From positions 2,914 through 66,913 of the forward strand of contig CAZION010000016.1 in the NCBI GenBank assembly GCA_964540865.1: a DNA stretch of 64,000 bases. Direction: 5' to 3'. Positions 60,101 through 64,000 of the stretch are shown in pieces. The position numbers and the translations under genes were made by a program. Numbering within the stretch: the stretch's first letter is position 1; each line of letters begins with the position of its first letter. The notes under the pieces are model-generated. The model was not told the DNA's origin and made no database searches. It saw only the letters and a list, made by a program, of their open reading frames with translations. This stretch comes from an uncultured Victivallis sp. (GTDB lineage: Bacteria > Verrucomicrobiota > Lentisphaeria > Victivallales > GWF2-50-93).

Positions 60101-60692
60101 TGACACCAAGAACTTCGGTGTCTACCTGCGTGCTCAGGGCTATCCGCTCATCGCTCTCGCCGCCTTGTATGACGTCAACCACGATCCCATGTACAAGGAA
60201 GCCGCCGAAAAAATTGTCGAACTCGTGATAGGTCAGCAGAGCTTTGACAAAGGTGGAGCTTGGTACCACAAGGTATGGGGGGTGGGAGATATGCCCGTTC
60301 AATGCTGTTTGCAGGTTGGTATTCTCACGCAGGGAATGAGCGACTATTATAAGATGACGGGCAATCCAGAGGCAAAGAAATCCATTATTGCCTCCTCCGC
60401 TTGGCTGGCCGAATCTTGGCACGAAAAGGCCAATGGCTGGCCAATGGTTGCCACCTGGGATGGTAAGGCGCAAGGACGCGAACCGGGTTGTAGTGATCAG
60501 AATATGCTCGAAGCACCACCACTGGCGTATGCCGCTTTGCTGGGCGGAAACAGCAAATGGTATGACATAGCAAAAATGACTATGGAACAAGTTCCGACTA
60601 AGGAGATGCCTAGTTATGGTAAGCCCTTTTCTCAGATGATCATGTTTGCTCCGGAGTTGATTAGTGGTATCTATGAATGGCAGCAGAAGTAA
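57105..60692 (+). CDS. large secreted protein, putative glycan-active enzyme (N-terminal CBM-like domain, C-terminal alpha/alpha-barrel-like domain), family unknown
   Basis: The 1195 aa ORF has a signal peptide (MLMKLLIAMMFILGMACHA). It has SNGDFSQIKNGVPEGWLI (CBM4/9-like). The C-terminus has NYGDWFGERGGTNWGNNEYDIAHGLFMDYIRTGNRDHYRWAVRAAQHDADVD, HSFCHNAGC and QCCLQVG. RBS AAGGAG lies upstream. Confidence 0.75.
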   Translation: MLMKLLIAMMFILGMACHAFDGNIRIDIDAMRNDIPLEKANASPGLKWFYTHAWPNYLNLEKHNNLVFEGTAPLSEEWQKFEFEFTPGKSEELKLYARGVYTLDDSKTAWVAYTGFKESGTELSNGDFSQIKNGVPEGWLINPGLFDTSAKPPLIYGAFGAFGVKTLKVTADKRVRISFMARKGKETDWNELPVRFDNKAIETSLVKLVKFKLDKIEFLKTNSISNLHKPDANYESDLKRLGLISCKIGDINDKIISCVPLKAGAVMLPFKQDLSIYDTVKVTITPLSGSFKAADFGVAINQDKQYYPGKLENISEIIINKPVELLFDISQTARNNPQYFRFYFSRTGDKIDEEEKDPSCFWFFSDILTFPPLFDKGLTAKNITEKSPDKNFKFGRPTPEPRFVGNPTPSGKGNVTKKSVPVELLEDYGVDRTASVRFGFPLPEGGLCDIKKMQVLNPEGKPVPFQTAGTAFWPDKSLKWVLLQFDAPLKANEKAIYQVVFGENVDEAEKGDTLILADNGDIISVDTGKLQATIDRNKFNLVKDVKIKSGRKWIDAGGFAVNGLELRDENGRLFSSAMIDPESVEIEEQGPERIVLRVRGKYGSTDKDATNMSYEVRLSFARGSEKVGIAVSTTNTNLENEFTDIDSLSCAFVPASPIQGGKVLLDAQNLQTMRQGPCQTEEIVLNPNSQTRLFQEDEQILSGAKGHENSRLTGAVEVDTATGPVRAVLKDCWQRWPKAFSVNKKELVFELLPKQPSRNFYRNLPYYLLFPFCEGKYRLKWGVSFTENIDLDFGSMKSLAEADAETNLPVVAAIQRDWYYQTKVLPGATPGDDRQFDVWDDAVARWFNEHMEFKKTHHPYGFLNYGDWFGERGGTNWGNNEYDIAHGLFMDYIRTGNRDHYRWAVRAAQHDADVDTVHAYPDPYYVGGDITHSFCHNAGCLLGRKLTLTLSNPYSGNALASNGHTWLRGMVDSWLLAGNARTQESALTLGEHIVWNPPLDTKNFGVYLRAQGYPLIALAALYDVNHDPMYKEAAEKIVELVIGQQSFDKGGAWYHKVWGVGDMPVQCCLQVGILTQGMSDYYKMTGNPEAKKSIIASSAWLAESWHEKANGWPMVATWDGKAQGREPGCSDQNMLEAPPLAYAALLGGNSKWYDIAKMTMEQVPTKEMPSYGKPFSQMIMFAPELISGIYEWQQK

Positions 60693-60737
60693 TATTCCCT
60701 TGACGGGGATTGGCAAAAATAAACAAGGAGGCGATTT

Positions 60738-61445
60738 ATGAATACGAGATTTAAAAGATGGCGTAAAACTGGACTGTCTCCTGTACCAGTCGAAGTATGG
60801 CGTCGGGTAACAACAGCACGGAGCAAATCATTCACACTGATTGAGCTGTTGGTGGTTATAGCCATTATCGCTATTTTAGCTTCCATGCTGTTACCGGCAC
60901 TGAGTAGGGCCCGTGGTGTTGCAAAGAAGATTGTTTGTGTAAGCAATCTAAGGCAATTTTATCTGGGCTTTAGCTCGTACCAAGACGCTTTTAACAGGGA
61001 TCTGGTCACACAGTCGATAACCAATGAGAAAAATACTGGTTCCGTTTATTGGAATTATTATAGCAGTTGGGTGGTGCAGGAGATTTGTCCGGGCATGAGC
61101 GCTCAAAAATGGATAGACGGAACATCCATCAATACATGTCCGGCGGAAAACCGTGACTGGTATATACCATATTGCTATGGGAACAATTATGCGCTTGATC
61201 ATATTAAGAAGGTCAACAAGGTGCCAAGGCCGGAAAATGTAATGTATCTAATAGATTACAATAGAAGCGCTGGACCTGGTCTAGACCCAAGTAATGTTGA
61301 TACCTACATCAACCCAAGCGACCCTCTCTGCCGAGTCGCCTACTACCGGCACAACGGATTTGCCAATATCATGTCAGTGGCGGGCAACACCCTTGACACC
61401 AAACGATTTCCTATGGTAACAGATGCTCAACCGTGGATTCCTTAA
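60738..61445 (+). CDS. prepilin-type N-terminal cleavage/methylation domain protein, H-X9-DG family (tandem paralog)
   Basis: The 235 aa ORF is identical to the 56312..57013 product over the central ~130 codons. It differs in the leader ([25 protein letters not shown]) and in the C-terminal loop ([25 protein letters not shown]). Confidence 0.85.
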   Translation: MNTRFKRWRKTGLSPVPVEVWRRVTTARSKSFTLIELLVVIAIIAILASMLLPALSRARGVAKKIVCVSNLRQFYLGFSSYQDAFNRDLVTQSITNEKNTGSVYWNYYSSWVVQEICPGMSAQKWIDGTSINTCPAENRDWYIPYCYGNNYALDHIKKVNKVPRPENVMYLIDYNRSAGPGLDPSNVDTYINPSDPLCRVAYYRHNGFANIMSVAGNTLDTKRFPMVTDAQPWIP

Positions 61446-61529
61446 GTTTTAGAAGTGAACTTTTGAATGGGTTCTTAAAGAAAACATACGGTATAACTCG
61501 AAAATACTTAAGTAGTAAAAAGGAAAATC

Positions 61530-64000
61530 ATGTTAAAGGAATTATTGATTGCTATGATGTTTATTCTGGGAATGGTCTGCCACGCATTCGACGGAAATAT
61601 TCGAATTGATATTGACGCAAGAAGAAATTTTATTCCTCTGAAAAACGTCACGGTCGGCTCCGGGCTGACTTTTACGTATCCGAATGGATGGCCCAATGCT
61701 CCTTTTGACAACAAAGCTAAGTCTGAGGATAATGATCTTATTAGTATGAGGTATCAATACAACCACCTGGTTATCGAAGGGACGGAGCCGCTTAGCGGTG
61801 AATGGCAGAAATTCGAGTTTTCGTTCACACCGGAGAAGACGGAAGAGCTGAAGCTCTATGTCCGCGGGGGCTATGACCGGAATGACGCGAAAACTTCCTG
61901 GGTTGCTTACCGGGATTTTTACGCCACTGGAACGGAACTTGCCAACGGGAATTTCTCAGAGCTTAAAGATGGCGTGCCAGATGGGTGGCTGATCAATGAC
62001 GGGCTTGTCACTTCTTCCGACAAAACACGATTCATCTACGGTTCATTCGCCGCTTTTGGCATAAAGACGCTTCAGGTTAAAGCCGGGGAAAAAGTGACGA
62101 TTTCCTTCATGGCCCATAAGGGTATCAAAACCGACTGGGGCGTAATGCCCGACCAGGACTCCAGGGGTGCTGCTGCTCATAGCAGTCTGAATTTGGAAAT
62201 CAGTGCCTTGGGATTTAAATCATGCGAAGAGGCGAAATTTGACAAAGTCAACAAAATTGTTTCATGCCTCCCGAATAGATCTGGTGGTGTGCTGATTCCA
62301 GTCAATCAGGACTTAAGCAAGTACAGTAAAGTCAAAGTTGTCATAACTCCTTTAGTCGGGAGTTTTAAAAATTCTGATTTTTCAGGATCGATTTTTCAGG
62401 AATCGCAATATTATCCATGCCAACAGATAAAATGTTCTCCCGTTGAAATGAATAAACCTGCTGAAATACTTTTTGATCTTTCAAAGGCGACAAGAAATAA
62501 TACTAAATTTTTCCGTTTGTATTTCAGCAAAACTGAGGGTAAAACCGAAGCCGTCGAATTCAAAATAAATAAAATCGAATTTCTTTATCCCGAAAAGATC
62601 GATTCATCCTGCTACTGGTACTTCAGTGACATATTGGCATTTCCCCATCTTTCGGATAAGGGATTGACAGCCGAGGAAGTCAGAGCGAAATCTCCGGATA
62701 AGAACTTCAAGTTTGGCCGCTCAACTCCGGAGCCGCGTTTTTTCTCCAATCCTGTTCCTGCCGGGAAGGGGGCAATAACCAAGGAATCCGTGTCTGTGGA
62801 GGTACTGGAGGAATACGGAGTGAATCGTACGGCTTCGATCCGTTTCGGCTTTCCGCTGCCGGAAGGAGGCCTGTGTAATATAAAAAAGATACAGGTGCTT
62901 AATCCTGCGGGAAAGCCGGTGTTTTTCCAGTCCGCCGCCACCGCGTTCTGGCCTGACAAATCGCTGAAATGGGTGCTTTTGCAATTTGATGCACCATTAA
63001 AGGCAAATGAAAAGTCCATTTACCAAGTTGTGTTCGGTGAAAACGTCGACGAAGCTGAAAAGGGTGGCACGTTAATCATGGCGGATAATGGTGATATCAT
63101 AACCGTCGATACCGGAAAACTCCAGGCGACGATTGACAGGAAAAAATTCAACCTGGTCAAGAATGTGAAAATAAAAAGTGACGGAAAATGGATGAATGCG
63201 GGTGGCTTCGCGGTGAATGGGCTGGAACTGCGCGACGAAAAAGGACGATTGTTCAGCAGTGCTATGATCGACCCCGAAAGTTTTGAGGTAGAAGAACAGG
63301 GACCGGAACGCATCGTCTTCAAGGTGCGTGGTAAATATGGCACCGCCGATAAGGGTGATACGAATATGAGCTATGAAGTACGGCTCTCTTTCGCCAGGGG
63401 CTCTGAAAAAGTCGGGATTGCAGTTTCAACGACCAACACTAATTTGGAAAATGAGTTTACTGATATCGACAGTCTTTCCTGCGCATTCGTTCCTGCCTCT
63501 CCCATTCAGGGGGGTAAGGTTTTGCTGGATGCCCAGAACTTGCAGACCATGCGGCAAGGCCCCTGCCAAACCGAGGAAATTGTCCTGAATCCGAATTCTC
63601 AGACTCGGCTGTTCCAGGAGGATGAACAGATCCTATCAGGCGCAAAAGGACATGAGAACTCCAGATTGACTGGAGCTGTCGAAGTGGACACAGCGACAGG
63701 GCCGGTTCGTGCTGTTTTAAAGGACTGCTGGCAGCGCTGGCCCAAAGCTTTCACTGTAAACAATAAAGAGTTGCTCTTCGAATTGCTGCCCAAGCAGCCG
63801 TCACGCAACTTTTACCGGAATCTTCCCTATTATTTGTTATTTCCCTTCTGCGAAGGCAAGTATCGGCTGAAATGGGGAGTCAGCTTCACGGAGAATATCG
63901 ACTTGGATTTTGGGAGCACGAAGTCTCTGGCCGAGGCTGATGCTGAAGTCAATATGCCAGTTGTGGCGATTGTGTCCCGTGACTGGTATTACCGGACAAA
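61530..64000 (+). CDS. large secreted protein, paralog of 57105..60692 (3' end beyond the window)
   Basis: Absent from the ORF track because no stop lies in the window. ATG 61530 gives MLKELLIAMMFILGMVCHAFDGNIRIDIDA..., collinear with copy 1. The N-terminal ~350 codons are strongly diverged. Later regions are 85-100% identical at the nucleotide level. Confidence 0.8.
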   Translation, partial: MLKELLIAMMFILGMVCHAFDGNIRIDIDARRNFIPLKNVTVGSGLTFTYPNGWPNAPFDNKAKSEDNDLISMRYQYNHLVIEGTEPLSGEWQKFEFSFTPEKTEELKLYVRGGYDRNDAKTSWVAYRDFYATGTELANGNFSELKDGVPDGWLINDGLVTSSDKTRFIYGSFAAFGIKTLQVKAGEKVTISFMAHKGIKTDWGVMPDQDSRGAAAHSSLNLEISALGFKSCEEAKFDKVNKIVSCLPNRSGGVLIPVNQDLSKYSKVKVVITPLVGSFKNSDFSGSIFQESQYYPCQQIKCSPVEMNKPAEILFDLSKATRNNTKFFRLYFSKTEGKTEAVEFKINKIEFLYPEKIDSSCYWYFSDILAFPHLSDKGLTAEEVRAKSPDKNFKFGRSTPEPRFFSNPVPAGKGAITKESVSVEVLEEYGVNRTASIRFGFPLPEGGLCNIKKIQVLNPAGKPVFFQSAATAFWPDKSLKWVLLQFDAPLKANEKSIYQVVFGENVDEAEKGGTLIMADNGDIITVDTGKLQATIDRKKFNLVKNVKIKSDGKWMNAGGFAVNGLELRDEKGRLFSSAMIDPESFEVEEQGPERIVFKVRGKYGTADKGDTNMSYEVRLSFARGSEKVGIAVSTTNTNLENEFTDIDSLSCAFVPASPIQGGKVLLDAQNLQTMRQGPCQTEEIVLNPNSQTRLFQEDEQILSGAKGHENSRLTGAVEVDTATGPVRAVLKDCWQRWPKAFTVNNKELLFELLPKQPSRNFYRNLPYYLLFPFCEGKYRLKWGVSFTENIDLDFGSTKSLAEADAEVNMPVVAIVSRDWYYRT

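Larger units (their letters stand above)
56291..64000 (+). repeat. tandem duplication, unit ~4.43 kb (pseudopilin-like gene plus large secreted protein gene); second unit truncated by the window end
   Basis: Unit 1 spans 56291-60716 and unit 2 spans 60717 to beyond 64000 (offset 4426-4428). The RBS and start context AAATAAACAAGGAGGCGATTTATGAATACGAGATTTAAAAGATGG is identical in both. I compared the tracts base by base: 56453-56847 equals 60879-61273 (395 bp), and 58992-59290 equals 63420-63718 (299 bp). Other parts are diverged. Confidence 0.9.

Noticed and set aside
56291-64000. Possibility that the duplicated module is a diversity-generating retroelement (template/variable repeat pair).
   Set aside because: No reverse transcriptase is nearby. 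The differences between copies are not restricted to adenine positions, and they include indels and whole diverged domains.

Overview
This 64 kb chromosomal window probably comes from an anaerobic member of the PVC superphylum (Lentisphaerota, Kiritimatiellota or Verrucomicrobiota type). The taxon guess rests on two prepilin-type H-X9-DG proteins ([24 protein letters not shown]), many SGC/SGGC lipoboxes, and an anaerobic core metabolism. Clear housekeeping genes are ppdK, PFOR (nifJ-type), gap, rph, mnmG, murC, purD, ribD and recX. I saw no rRNA, tRNA, CRISPR array, transposase or integrase.

Accessory content includes:
- Two type II toxin-antitoxin pairs: a ParE/RelE toxin with an addiction-module antitoxin, and hicAB with a frameshifted hicA.
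- An HD-GYP phosphodiesterase.
- A divergent LpxC-like paralog.
- A DUF58-transglutaminase-recX operon.
- An operon with three SPFH proteins and a P1B-ATPase.

The most interesting loci are:
1. An orphan glycyl-radical enzyme (GRE) translationally coupled to a secreted DUF2961/GH172-like protein. A twice-frameshifted Fe-ADH lies downstream and an AraC regulator is divergent. No GRE activase is present in the window.
2. A tandemly duplicated ~4.43 kb module (pseudopilin-like H-X9-DG protein plus a ~1200 aa secreted enzyme-like protein). It shows mosaic 100%-identical tracts that suggest gene conversion.
3. A family of intergenic hairpin elements whose arms are built from duplicated short words that differ between copies. 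They surround a conserved TTGARYTCAA core.
4. Several compact structured intergenic segments, upstream of mnmG, the GntR-type regulator and the CNNM transporter.

All homology calls come from motif recognition by eye and memory. Nothing was computed.
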